Source of the DNA: Promethearchaeota archaeon
GTDB taxonomy: Archaea; Asgardarchaeota; Lokiarchaeia; Sigyniarchaeales; SOKP01
DNA: 64,000 nucleotides
Assembly: GCA_019058245.1 (NCBI GenBank)
Contig: JAHPZJ010000013.1
Span: forward strand, 201,166 to 265,165
Direction: 5' to 3'
Made by a program: the position numbers and the translations under genes. Shown one piece after another: positions 20,234-29,734 of this stretch. Under the pieces are notes generated by a model. That model was not told the DNA's origin. It did not search any database and was given only the letters and a program-made list of their open reading frames with translations. Numbering within the stretch: position 1 is the stretch's first letter; each line of letters starts with the position of its first letter.

Positions 20234-21727
20234 TTGAATTTGATGAAAAAACTTTGGGATCATTTCAATGAAATAAAAAGATTAATTTATATTAGAAATC
20301 TTTTAAGTTGGGATCAACAAGTTAATATGCCCAAAGGTTCGGTAAAAGGAAGGGCTGACCAACTAGTAATAATTCAAAATTTGATTCATAAAAGAATTAA
20401 ATCAGATAAAACTGGAGATTTAATAAGAAGTGTTGAAAAATTAAATAATCTCAATGTAACAGATTTAGCTATGATAAGAGAAGCTAAAAGACATTATATG
20501 CAAGCAACTAGAATACCAGAGACTTTACTGAGTGAAATTACTAAGCAATCAACTTTAGGTTATAATATATGGGAGAAAGCTAGAAAAAAAAGTGATTTTT
20601 CAATTTTTCAGCCATATCTTGAAAAAATGATCAGTCTTCAGATAGAATATGCTGAAAAACTAGAGACAGGCCCAACTTTATATTCAACGCTAATTGATTT
20701 GTATGAACCAGGAGTAACTTACGATTGGATTTTAAAAATCTTTATGAACCTTAAACCTAAATTAATAAAATTCATTAAAACATTAGAAAAATCGTCTAAC
20801 AAACCAGATCAATCAGTATTAAAGAGATATTATGATCCTGAAAAACAATGGCAACTAAGTCTAGATATTATTAAAAAATTAAATTTTGATTTTACTATTG
20901 GGAGGCAAGATAAATCCACTCATCCATTTACTGTTTCTTTATCATCGAAAGATGTTAGAATAACCACGAGAATACGGGAAAATTTTCTAATAGATTGCCT
21001 CTTTTCAACTATTCATGAATGTGGTCATGCTTTATATTATATGGGATTTAATGAAGAGATTCAAGGTACACTTTTAGCAGATTCATGTTCATATGGAATT
21101 GGTGAGTCTCAATCAAGATTATGGGAAAATATTATAGGAAGAAGTAAAGAATTTTGGATATATTGGTATACAATTTTCCAAAAATATTTTCCTGAGAATT
21201 TAAAAGATTATCCTTTAGAAGAATTTTATAGAGCAATAAATATTGTTCAACCTTCATTTATTAGAGTAGATGCGGATGAGGTTACTTATGGGTTACATAT
21301 TATCTTACGATTTGAACTAGAAAAAATGATGATTGAGGATGGTCTCCAAGTAAGTGAGTTAGCCTCCTTATGGAATGAAAAAATGGAAGAATTACTAGGG
21401 ATCATACCACCAAATGATGCAATGGGATTATTACAAGATGCTCATTGGTCTAGCGGTGGATTTGGCTATTTTCCAAGTTATGCACTTGGTAATCTCTATG
21501 GTGCCCAAATCTATCAAAAAGCCTTAAAAGACAATCCTAATCTAACTAAAAACTATGAGAAAGGAGAATTTTCTAATTTGTTAAATTATTTAAACGAAAA
21601 TTTATATCAATATGGAAAAATATATAGAGCCAACGATTTAATAAAAAGAGTTACAGGAGAAAACTTAAATCCTGATTATTTTATGAAATATATTGAAGCA
21701 AAATTTAAGCCAATATATAGACTCTAA
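20234..21727 (+). CDS. Carboxypeptidase, M32 family (tandem paralog)
   Basis: HPF, HECGH, GESQS, IRVDADE, QDAHW, GYFPSY. Confidence 0.93.
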   Translation: MNLMKKLWDHFNEIKRLIYIRNLLSWDQQVNMPKGSVKGRADQLVIIQNLIHKRIKSDKTGDLIRSVEKLNNLNVTDLAMIREAKRHYMQATRIPETLLSEITKQSTLGYNIWEKARKKSDFSIFQPYLEKMISLQIEYAEKLETGPTLYSTLIDLYEPGVTYDWILKIFMNLKPKLIKFIKTLEKSSNKPDQSVLKRYYDPEKQWQLSLDIIKKLNFDFTIGRQDKSTHPFTVSLSSKDVRITTRIRENFLIDCLFSTIHECGHALYYMGFNEEIQGTLLADSCSYGIGESQSRLWENIIGRSKEFWIYWYTIFQKYFPENLKDYPLEEFYRAINIVQPSFIRVDADEVTYGLHIILRFELEKMMIEDGLQVSELASLWNEKMEELLGIIPPNDAMGLLQDAHWSSGGFGYFPSYALGNLYGAQIYQKALKDNPNLTKNYEKGEFSNLLNYLNENLYQYGKIYRANDLIKRVTGENLNPDYFMKYIEAKFKPIYRL

Positions 21728-21737
21728 AACTCCCTAA

Positions 21738-21751
21738 TTTTTTTTATTTTT
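21738..21751 (+). terminator. Oligo-T archaeal terminator candidate
   Basis: T8-A-T5 run 10 nt after the M32 stop. Confidence 0.4.
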
Positions 21752-21807
21752 AAAATTTTTAGATAGAAGATATTTTTATTTCATATAATTTTAATAAAAG
21801 TATTAAA

Positions 21808-22404
21808 ATGTTATTACAAATCAAAAAATTCTCAGAAAAAGTATTACTCCCATTAGCTAGAAAATTAAAAAACATCCCAGCTAATTATTTTACGTTATTT
21901 GGTCTAGTCTCAGCAATAATTACTTTTTTTGGATTTGTATTTCAATTAATGATAATAGTAATTATTTTTCTTTTCATTACAGAATTTTTTGATCAGTTAG
22001 ATGGAGTGGTAGCACGACTTCAAGGTCCTACAAAATTAGGTGGATTTTTAGATTCTACATTAGATAGAATTGGAGACTTCTTTTTGTTTATAGGAATTAT
22101 TATAGGTGGATATACGACAATAGAGATTGGTTTAATTGTACTTTTTGGAGCTTTTTTAACGTCTTATACCCGCGCTAAGATTGAAGCGTTAGGTGTTGAG
22201 AAAATATATGGAATTGGAATATTAGAACGAACAGATCGGGTACCGATTTTATTTATTGGAGCAATTTTACAAATTTGGTTTTTATCTGCTCTGTGGTGGA
22301 CGATGATAATCTTAGCAATTGGTACAAATATTACTGTAATTCAGAGAATTATTTTTGCTTTTCAAAAGTTTTCAAATAATAATAAAGAAAAAGTAGAGTC
22401 TTGA
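21808..22404 (+). CDS. CDP-alcohol phosphatidyltransferase (archaetidylinositol-phosphate synthase-like)
   Basis: DQLDGVVAR..GGFLDSTLDRIGD; SYTRAKIEALG..GILERTDR. Confidence 0.92.
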   Translation: MLLQIKKFSEKVLLPLARKLKNIPANYFTLFGLVSAIITFFGFVFQLMIIVIIFLFITEFFDQLDGVVARLQGPTKLGGFLDSTLDRIGDFFLFIGIIIGGYTTIEIGLIVLFGAFLTSYTRAKIEALGVEKIYGIGILERTDRVPILFIGAILQIWFLSALWWTMIILAIGTNITVIQRIIFAFQKFSNNNKEKVES

Positions 22405-22424
22405 ATTTTGTTATATCTTATTCT

Positions 22425-23087
22425 TTAAAATTGCTGTTTAGAAAATATTAAAATATTTATGCTCATCATTATAATAGTAATCGTTATTCCGAGAGATAAA
22501 GCTAATATTATAGGATTTAATATCTTAAAAAAGATAGTTGGTAAAATAATAATTGTAGATAATTGACTTCCTAAATATACAGATAAAATAGCAGCAACAG
22601 GTACAGATGAAACTAAAACACCAAAGAAAATCCCGATAGAACATGTTATTGACATCGAAGAAATTCCAATTATTAATGATTCAAAAGTGATGTTTAAGTA
22701 ATTTTCCATCAAATCGCCTCTGAATGCATCAACTATAAGACCAAAAATGAGGGATATTGAAACAGCGATAACTAAACATAAGTATACTGCCAAATATTTC
22801 GCTAAAATTAAACTACTTCGTCTCACAGGTCTAATTAAAAATAATTCATATACATGTCGATTTTTTTCACTTACGATTGATGTGCTTAACATTATCGCTG
22901 AAAGTGTTCCACCTATACTTGAAACAACAATAGAAACTAAAAATGAAATTGGCATTCCTTCCAAATCATTAGGACTAATAAATTGAATAAGGAAAGAAAG
23001 CAGTGGTAATCCAAACCAGAGAACGATCATAACTTTTGATTTTGCATATCCTTTTAATTCATCAAGAAAGATTAACAATAAACTCAA
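22425..23087 (-). CDS. ABC-2 type exporter permease
   Basis: Six TM helices; SIVSEKNRHVYELFLIRPVRRSSLILAKYL. Confidence 0.85.
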   Translation of the reverse strand: MSLLLIFLDELKGYAKSKVMIVLWFGLPLLSFLIQFISPNDLEGMPISFLVSIVVSSIGGTLSAIMLSTSIVSEKNRHVYELFLIRPVRRSSLILAKYLAVYLCLVIAVSISLIFGLIVDAFRGDLMENYLNITFESLIIGISSMSITCSIGIFFGVLVSSVPVAAILSVYLGSQLSTIIILPTIFFKILNPIILALSLGITITIIMMSINILIFSKQQF

Positions 23088-24034
23088 TCGGTTTCACCTC
23101 CAACTAATTTTAGATATACTTCCTCTAGACTTGGTTCTACTAGATTAAAACTGCGTAATTTACAATCCTGTTCGAATAAGCTTTTTAAAATAGAAGATAT
23201 ACTTATATCTACATCCGCATCTGCTTTTAAATGAACTAATTGCTTGTTAGATTTAATATTTTCAACATAATCAATATATCTTAAACTATCCAAGTCTTTA
23301 CAAAGAGAAGTATTTTCAGCATAAATAATTTCTATGATATTTCCTATTCGGAAACTACTTTGAAGTTTTTCTGGACTTCCAATTGTTAGAATCTTACCTT
23401 TATTTATTATACCTATTTTATCAGCTACATCTTGAACATCACTTAATATGTGAGATGAAAAGAAAATAGTAATATCACTTTTTCCTAGTTTTTTTATGAT
23501 TTTTTTAAATTGGAATCTCATATTAGGATCTAGACCAGTTAAAGGCTCATCCAACACTAAAATCTGTGGTTCATGAAGTAAAGCTTGACCTAATCTTAAT
23601 TTTTGAAGCATTCCTCCAGATAAGTGAACAACTTTTTTATATCTTACGTCAGATAAATAGGTTAATTTTAAGATTTCCTGAGTTCGTTTGTTAATTTGTT
23701 CGGAAGTGAGACCTGATAAACGTCCAAATGTCTTAAATACCTGATCCACGGTTCGCCATACTTGAAAACCAGCTTCTTGTGGATGATATCCAATTAGATT
23801 ATTTAAGTCCTTCCAATTATTAGAAATTTTTCTCCCATTAACTAGAACATCTCCAAAAAAATTTCTTATTAAACCCACTAATATTTTGATAGTCGTTGTT
23901 TTACCTGCACCATTAGGACCAATGTATCCAAATATTTCTCCTTTAGGGATTTTAAATGATATATCATCTAATGCAAGAAGTTCTTTATAGTTCTTAGAAA
24001 CATTTTTGAATTCTATGCAAGTACTTTTATTCAT
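23084..24034 (-). CDS. ABC transporter ATP-binding protein
   Basis: GPNGAGKTT, LSGGM, LVLDEP, SSHIL. Confidence 0.95.
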   Translation of the reverse strand: MNKSTCIEFKNVSKNYKELLALDDISFKIPKGEIFGYIGPNGAGKTTTIKILVGLIRNFFGDVLVNGRKISNNWKDLNNLIGYHPQEAGFQVWRTVDQVFKTFGRLSGLTSEQINKRTQEILKLTYLSDVRYKKVVHLSGGMLQKLRLGQALLHEPQILVLDEPLTGLDPNMRFQFKKIIKKLGKSDITIFFSSHILSDVQDVADKIGIINKGKILTIGSPEKLQSSFRIGNIIEIIYAENTSLCKDLDSLRYIDYVENIKSNKQLVHLKADADVDISISSILKSLFEQDCKLRSFNLVEPSLEEVYLKLVGGETD

Positions 24035-24424
24035 AATTGATATTGAATTAATTGTAATAGTTTAGCTAAGCAATCGTTGCTTTAATAATTATGCTATTTA
24101 ACTTCCATAATTTAGAGGGAAGACTTTAGGAAAATTTACTACTTACTTTTAGTTATTCCATAGTTTGAGATGATCTTCTTCTTAAAGCTATTATAAAAAT
24201 TTATTTGTTCTTTATCAATTAATAATTTCAATAATTCTATAATAGTATTATTAATAGGAAATAGAAATATTCCTGCGTTTACTATCATTCTTTCCGCATT
24301 TCTATATTTTTCATCTCACATTTCTCAAATTTATTAAATTATTTTTAAATAGAATCAAATCTAAGAATATTTATTAAGATTTTATTATGAAAAAAATTTA
24401 TCTTAATGATTTTTTCCATAATTT

Positions 24425-26197
24425 TTGTCGAATGAATTTACAAAATTTAAAGAAAAATGGAGAAAGATAATGGAGTATAGAACCTATCCAGAATTTAGTA
24501 CTCACTATCCCTTAATTCTCACGACCTTTATGAAAAGACCAGTAAAAGTTTATCCAAATGAGATAGGCGTGGTTTATCGAAACCATGTCTCAGGTGAATA
24601 TTTCCGTTTTACATGGATTGAGTGGTATAAGCGCACTTGTCGCTTAGCTAATGCTTTAAATTCTCTTGGTGTAAAACCAGGAAAACCAAGTGAACCGGGT
24701 GAAAGAGTTGCAACCATGGCACTAAATACACACAGACACCTAGAACTTTATTATGCTGTACCCTGTAGTGGAGCAGTACTCCATCCAATCAATGTGAGAC
24801 TTGCCTTGGAACACATAATCTATACTATAAATCATGCTAAAGATACAATCATATTTTTTGATGATCTAATGCTACCCATGGTTGAGGGTATCTATGATCA
24901 AATAAAAAATACTGTAAAGAAATTCGTATATATGTCAGATAAACCAGGATTGCCTGATACAAAGATAGATAATCTTTATGAGTATGAGTTATTGCTTCAA
25001 CAGGAATCTGAAAAATTTGAATGGCCTTATTTAAATGAGGATAACTATGCTACTCTCTGTTATACTACAGGCACTACAGGGCTTCCAAAGGGTGTTATGT
25101 TCACTCACAGAGCGCTTTACCTTCAGAGTTTGCATTTAATAGCCCAAACAAGTATGGTTAATGATCCAACATATGTACATCTTGGTGAGAATATTATTAC
25201 TATGATAATGACTCCCCTATTTCACATCCATGCATGGGGTGCGCCTTTTCATTATGTTTTTATGGGAGTAAAAATAGTGTTACCAGGCACATTTACGGTT
25301 GATGGGTTCTGCGAACTAGTTCAAACTGAAAAAGTAACAACTGTGTCAGTAGTGCCGACAATTCTGGCACTACTTCTTGAGTATAAAGATTTGGACAATT
25401 ATAGTTTGAGTAGTCTTAAAGCAGTTGGCGTGGGTGGAGGTGCTTTACCATTGGGATTAAAGACTAAGGTTGAGAATAAAATTCCTGGATTTACTGCAAC
25501 ATCAGGATATGGTATGACTGAAACAGCCCCAGTTACCATAAGGGCTTTTGTCAAGAAATATATGGCAAACTGGTCAAAAGAGAAACTTGATACCGTAAGA
25601 GTTAAGACAGGAATTTCAATTCCTGGACTTGAAGTAGAAGTTTTTGATGACAATGAAAAAAAAATCCCTCATGATAATAAAACTATTGGACAGATCGTTA
25701 TCCGTGGTCCCTGGGTAATGGAAAAATACTATAAGAATCCTGAAAAGTCTGCTGATGTATGGTATGATGGATGGTTCCATACTGGGGATTTGGCAAAAGT
25801 TGATGAAGAAGATTTTATAATCATTGCAGATAGGATGTCGGATATCATTAGAAGCGGTGCAGAAATGGTTCCTACGGTACTCCTTGAAAATCTAGCTGCA
25901 TTGGCTGATTTTGTACTCGAAGCTACGGTTGTAGGAGTTCCAGATGAAATATGGGGTGAAAAAGCGATGGCTATAGTAAAACTTGTTCCTGGATCCGATA
26001 AAAATGAACAGGATCTTATAGATTTTCTTACGGTTGAAGGTGTAGATAAGGGAAAAATTACTCAATGGATGCTTCCAAAACTCATAGCTATTGTCGATGA
26101 AATACCCAGAACAAGTGTAGGGAAATTTAATAAAATAGAAATTAGAAAAAATTTGGATAAGTTCTTAGAAAAGGCTAAAGATATGAAAAAAGCTTAA
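24425..26197 (+). CDS. Long/medium-chain fatty-acid-CoA ligase (AMP-binding)
   Basis: YTTGTTGLPKG, GYGMTET, GWFHTGD, PRTSVGKF; the start may be the ATG near 24470. Confidence 0.93.
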   Translation: MSNEFTKFKEKWRKIMEYRTYPEFSTHYPLILTTFMKRPVKVYPNEIGVVYRNHVSGEYFRFTWIEWYKRTCRLANALNSLGVKPGKPSEPGERVATMALNTHRHLELYYAVPCSGAVLHPINVRLALEHIIYTINHAKDTIIFFDDLMLPMVEGIYDQIKNTVKKFVYMSDKPGLPDTKIDNLYEYELLLQQESEKFEWPYLNEDNYATLCYTTGTTGLPKGVMFTHRALYLQSLHLIAQTSMVNDPTYVHLGENIITMIMTPLFHIHAWGAPFHYVFMGVKIVLPGTFTVDGFCELVQTEKVTTVSVVPTILALLLEYKDLDNYSLSSLKAVGVGGGALPLGLKTKVENKIPGFTATSGYGMTETAPVTIRAFVKKYMANWSKEKLDTVRVKTGISIPGLEVEVFDDNEKKIPHDNKTIGQIVIRGPWVMEKYYKNPEKSADVWYDGWFHTGDLAKVDEEDFIIIADRMSDIIRSGAEMVPTVLLENLAALADFVLEATVVGVPDEIWGEKAMAIVKLVPGSDKNEQDLIDFLTVEGVDKGKITQWMLPKLIAIVDEIPRTSVGKFNKIEIRKNLDKFLEKAKDMKKA

Positions 26198-26402
26198 GCA
26201 ACTAAAATTATCATTCTTACATTTTAATAATTTTTGAAATTAAGATTCATTCTCAGTTTTTATTGTATGATTAAAATTTAAAATTCAATTAAATTTTTGA
26301 TCTGTTTTGTTATTGATTATTGGTTAATAATTAAGATTAAAATTAGTTGTTTCCCTAATTAGTTAATATTAAAAATTAAAAAATAAAATATATACATTCT
26401 CA

Positions 26403-27737
26403 TTGTGTTCGGTTATGGTTATTAATTGCATAATTATTGGTCATGGTGCCAGAGAACATGTTATTGGTGAAGCTCTGGTTAAAGGTGGAGCAAATTTATA
26501 TTCTTTTATGAGTTTTAAAAATGCTGGATTAGAAGATTTAAGTAAAAAAATTAAAATTCATTCTGAGACAGATTTCAAAGAAATTATTGATTTTTGTAAT
26601 GAGAATAAAATTGATTTTGCAGTAATAGGCCCTGAGGCACCATTAGTAGTTGGAATTGTTAATGCCTTGGAAAAGGGGGGTATTCCCTGTGTGGGACCTA
26701 AAATCGAAGCCGCTCAGTTAGAGGGGTCTAAAATCTTTACAAGAGGATTACTTAAAAAGTATAAGATAAAGTCAAATATTTGGAGCAAAGAATTTAATTC
26801 TATGGATGGGGTTACTGATTTTATTGATGAAAAAGGTGCAGATAATTTAGTTGTGAAGCCTGATGGACTAACTGGTGGTAAAGGTGTTAAAGTTTATGGA
26901 GATCATCTTTTTTCTAAACGAGACATAATTGATTATTGTCAAGAATTAATCGACCAGAAAAATCTTTTTATTTTAGAAGAAAAATGTGAAGGTGAAGAAT
27001 TCACACTTCAGACGTTTGTTGATGGTAATAATGTTATAGGAACACCTTTAGTCCAAGATCATAAAAGAGCTTATGAGGGTGATTCAGGGCCAAATACGGG
27101 AGGAATGGGTTCTTACTCAATAGAGAATCATCTTATGCCTTTTATCACTCAAGAAGATGTAGATGATGTTCTAAAAGATATGAAAAATGTTGTAGCTGCG
27201 GTAAAAACTGAAACTGGTGTTGAATATAAAGGATTTCTTTATGGACAATTTATGAAAACTGCTAAGGGTAATAAGCTAATTGAATTTAATGCCAGGATGG
27301 GTGATCCTGAAGCAATGAATGTTTTACCCCTCCTAAAAACCAATTTTCTTGATGTGTGCCAAGCGATAATTAATGGTACTCTTGATAAGCTTACAATTGA
27401 ATTTGATAAGAAAGCGACGGTTTGTAAATATCTGGCTCCTGAGGGTTATCCTGTATCTCCTAAGAGAGATGAATTAGTAAAAATAAATATGGACAAAATT
27501 AATAAAATAGGAGCGAGTCTATATTATGCTTCAATATATAGAGAAAATAGAAATATTTATACTACTACGTCAAGGGCGATAGGAGTATTAGGGATAGCAG
27601 ATAATTTAGAAACTGCTGAGAAAATAGCAGAGAAAGGTGTTGGTTGTGTCGAGGGTAAATTATTTCACAGAAAAGATGTTGGTACACGAGAACTATTACA
27701 AAAACGTATTGATCATATGGATTCTCTTTTAAAATAG
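26403..27737 (+). CDS. purD: Phosphoribosylamine-glycine ligase
   Basis: GHGAREH, IGPEAPL, GLTGGKGV, QDHKRAYEGDSGPNTGGMG, EFNARMGDPE. Confidence 0.97.
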   Translation: MCSVMVINCIIIGHGAREHVIGEALVKGGANLYSFMSFKNAGLEDLSKKIKIHSETDFKEIIDFCNENKIDFAVIGPEAPLVVGIVNALEKGGIPCVGPKIEAAQLEGSKIFTRGLLKKYKIKSNIWSKEFNSMDGVTDFIDEKGADNLVVKPDGLTGGKGVKVYGDHLFSKRDIIDYCQELIDQKNLFILEEKCEGEEFTLQTFVDGNNVIGTPLVQDHKRAYEGDSGPNTGGMGSYSIENHLMPFITQEDVDDVLKDMKNVVAAVKTETGVEYKGFLYGQFMKTAKGNKLIEFNARMGDPEAMNVLPLLKTNFLDVCQAIINGTLDKLTIEFDKKATVCKYLAPEGYPVSPKRDELVKINMDKINKIGASLYYASIYRENRNIYTTTSRAIGVLGIADNLETAEKIAEKGVGCVEGKLFHRKDVGTRELLQKRIDHMDSLLK

Positions 27738-27838
27738 AAAAAAAATGAAAATTATTTAATAATTTTTCTATATGTTAGATTTTTATATTCTATAATAATT
27801 AAATTCTAATATTTTTTAGAGTGATTTAAACTAGAATT

Positions 27839-28321
27839 ATGAATTGGCGTGAAAAGAATGCAGAATTTAATGCTCTAATAAAACAATTATTTCATGATAA
27901 AGATTGGCAAAAAAGATCGGAAGCAGCAAGAAAATTAGGAATGTTAAAGGATGGAAGAGCCACTAATATGATGTGTAGAGCACTAAGAACAGAAAAAGAT
28001 CACACAGTTATTAATAAAATTATTGAAGCATTAGGTAGAATTAGAGATGCTAGAGCTACAATTAGGATAATTGAAAAATTTAAAGAAGAATTAGAAAAAG
28101 ATGAAATAGATAAATTTAGAATAATCTATATAATTGAAAGTTTAACAAAAATCAAGGATCGAAGAGCATTATCATATCTAGGTCCTTTATTAGACTCTTC
28201 TGATGATGATATCAAAAATCTTACAATAAATGCTTTTGAGATAATAGAACCAAAATGGAAAGAAATTATAGAAAGAGAAAGAAACAAATCCATTCAAGAA
28301 ATCTTTAAAATAAAAGACTAA
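27839..28321 (+). CDS. HEAT/PBS-lyase repeat protein
   Basis: WQKRSEAARKLGML, IIEALGRIRD, IIESLTKIKD. Confidence 0.85.
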   Translation: MNWREKNAEFNALIKQLFHDKDWQKRSEAARKLGMLKDGRATNMMCRALRTEKDHTVINKIIEALGRIRDARATIRIIEKFKEELEKDEIDKFRIIYIIESLTKIKDRRALSYLGPLLDSSDDDIKNLTINAFEIIEPKWKEIIERERNKSIQEIFKIKD

Positions 28322-28453
28322 TCAGCTATTTTTACTATAATTTGCCTCTTTATTAGATTTTTGAATAATAAAGACTTAATAAGTAGTTATTTAAAATTTT
28401 AAAAATGCTCATATTATAAATTAATAATTATTACTCTATAGAAGGAAAGTTAT

Positions 28454-29566
28454 TTGAAAAAGAAAAAATTCTGCTGTTGTTGGGATCTGGAAGGCCCGAT
28501 ATCTATTACTGATTTTGCTGCGGAACTTGCAAGTAAATTAAGTGAAAAAACTAAATTTAAGTTATTAAAATTTAAAATGAGCCAATTTTTTACCATGATT
28601 TCCAACTATGATGATTATTTAATTGATATTCCAGGTGTGAAAGAATCTTTAAATATTCCAGAGTATCAACCAGGAGATACTCTTAGATTGATAGCTCCTT
28701 TATATATTTCATTTTTTAATGAAAGTGAGATGGTTGATTTTGCTAAAAAAAAAATTGGCTTACTCCCTGGTTGTAAGGAATTAATGAAAATTCTAGCTAT
28801 TGACTGGAATATTTTTATAATTTCTACCAGTTATTCTCAATTTGCTTATACGGTTGCTGAAGAATTAAATATTCCAAAAGATCATATCTACTGTACAAAA
28901 TTAAACATTAATCAATTAAAAGAAGGATTGAAAGATATTAATAATAATATTGACATATTGGTACAAGATATATTCAGGAAGTATCTCTCCAAAAATTCAA
29001 ATCTCAAGTTTGTTATTGAGGATTTAAATAGATTCTTCTGGAAAAATCAACAATCGGATTATATAGCGGTTATGAATGAAATAAAAGTTGTTGGAGGAAA
29101 AAGAAAGGAAGCAGCCATTGAAGATATCTCTAAACGAACTAAAATTCCAATTTCTGAGATAATTGCTTTAGGAGATTCAATTACTGATATAAATATGCTC
29201 GAAAGAGTAAAAAAAGAAGGGGGAATTTCTATTTCCTTCAATGGAAATAAATTTACAATACCTAGAGCTAATGTTGCTGTTACAACTTCAAATAGTTTAG
29301 GATTATTACCTATTTTTCAGCAAAAACAAAATATTGAACAATTTTTAACTAAATGGGAAGCTTGTTTTAAAGATTTTCAAAGTGATAAAAAAAAAATTAA
29401 CGATAGCTTAATATCAAAAGAAACTAAAAAAATATTTTTGAAATATAATTTCCTTCCTGAATTTTATAATTTGACTAATAGATCGGAAGATCAACTAAAT
29501 AAAATAATTCTAAGTCAAGAAAAGATGCGAAAATCGGTTAGAGGATGGGCAGGAAATTTAGGGTAG
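28454..29566 (+). CDS. HAD-superfamily hydrolase, EhaR-like
   Basis: WDLEGPISITD motif I, YQPGDTLRLIAP, ISTSY, GDSITD motif IV, SFNGN. Confidence 0.75.
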   Translation: MKKKKFCCCWDLEGPISITDFAAELASKLSEKTKFKLLKFKMSQFFTMISNYDDYLIDIPGVKESLNIPEYQPGDTLRLIAPLYISFFNESEMVDFAKKKIGLLPGCKELMKILAIDWNIFIISTSYSQFAYTVAEELNIPKDHIYCTKLNINQLKEGLKDINNNIDILVQDIFRKYLSKNSNLKFVIEDLNRFFWKNQQSDYIAVMNEIKVVGGKRKEAAIEDISKRTKIPISEIIALGDSITDINMLERVKKEGGISISFNGNKFTIPRANVAVTTSNSLGLLPIFQQKQNIEQFLTKWEACFKDFQSDKKKINDSLISKETKKIFLKYNFLPEFYNLTNRSEDQLNKIILSQEKMRKSVRGWAGNLG

Positions 29567-29734
29567 ATTATATTTTTAAAATTACTATTTACTACTATAT
29601 CTATAGGATATTGTCTCGTACAAAGCCTTTATTAGTAAAAATTATATTTAAAACCTAACAATTTTAATATGAGAAATAATAGATTTCTCTAATACTTATA
29701 TATTATGTAAATCTAAAAAGATAAAAGTGGTAAT

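Noticed and set aside
24035-24424. Long intergenic region with the small palindrome AAGCAA-tcg-TTGCTT
   Set aside because: A single short inverted repeat is expected by chance; no ORF or structured RNA supportable
13268-29566. Genome-wide TAG reassignment as the explanation for the amber codon at 38671
   Set aside because: Several genes (ending 13270, 14394, 27737 purD, 29566) terminate at TAG, purD at its expected C-terminus; no pyl genes in the window
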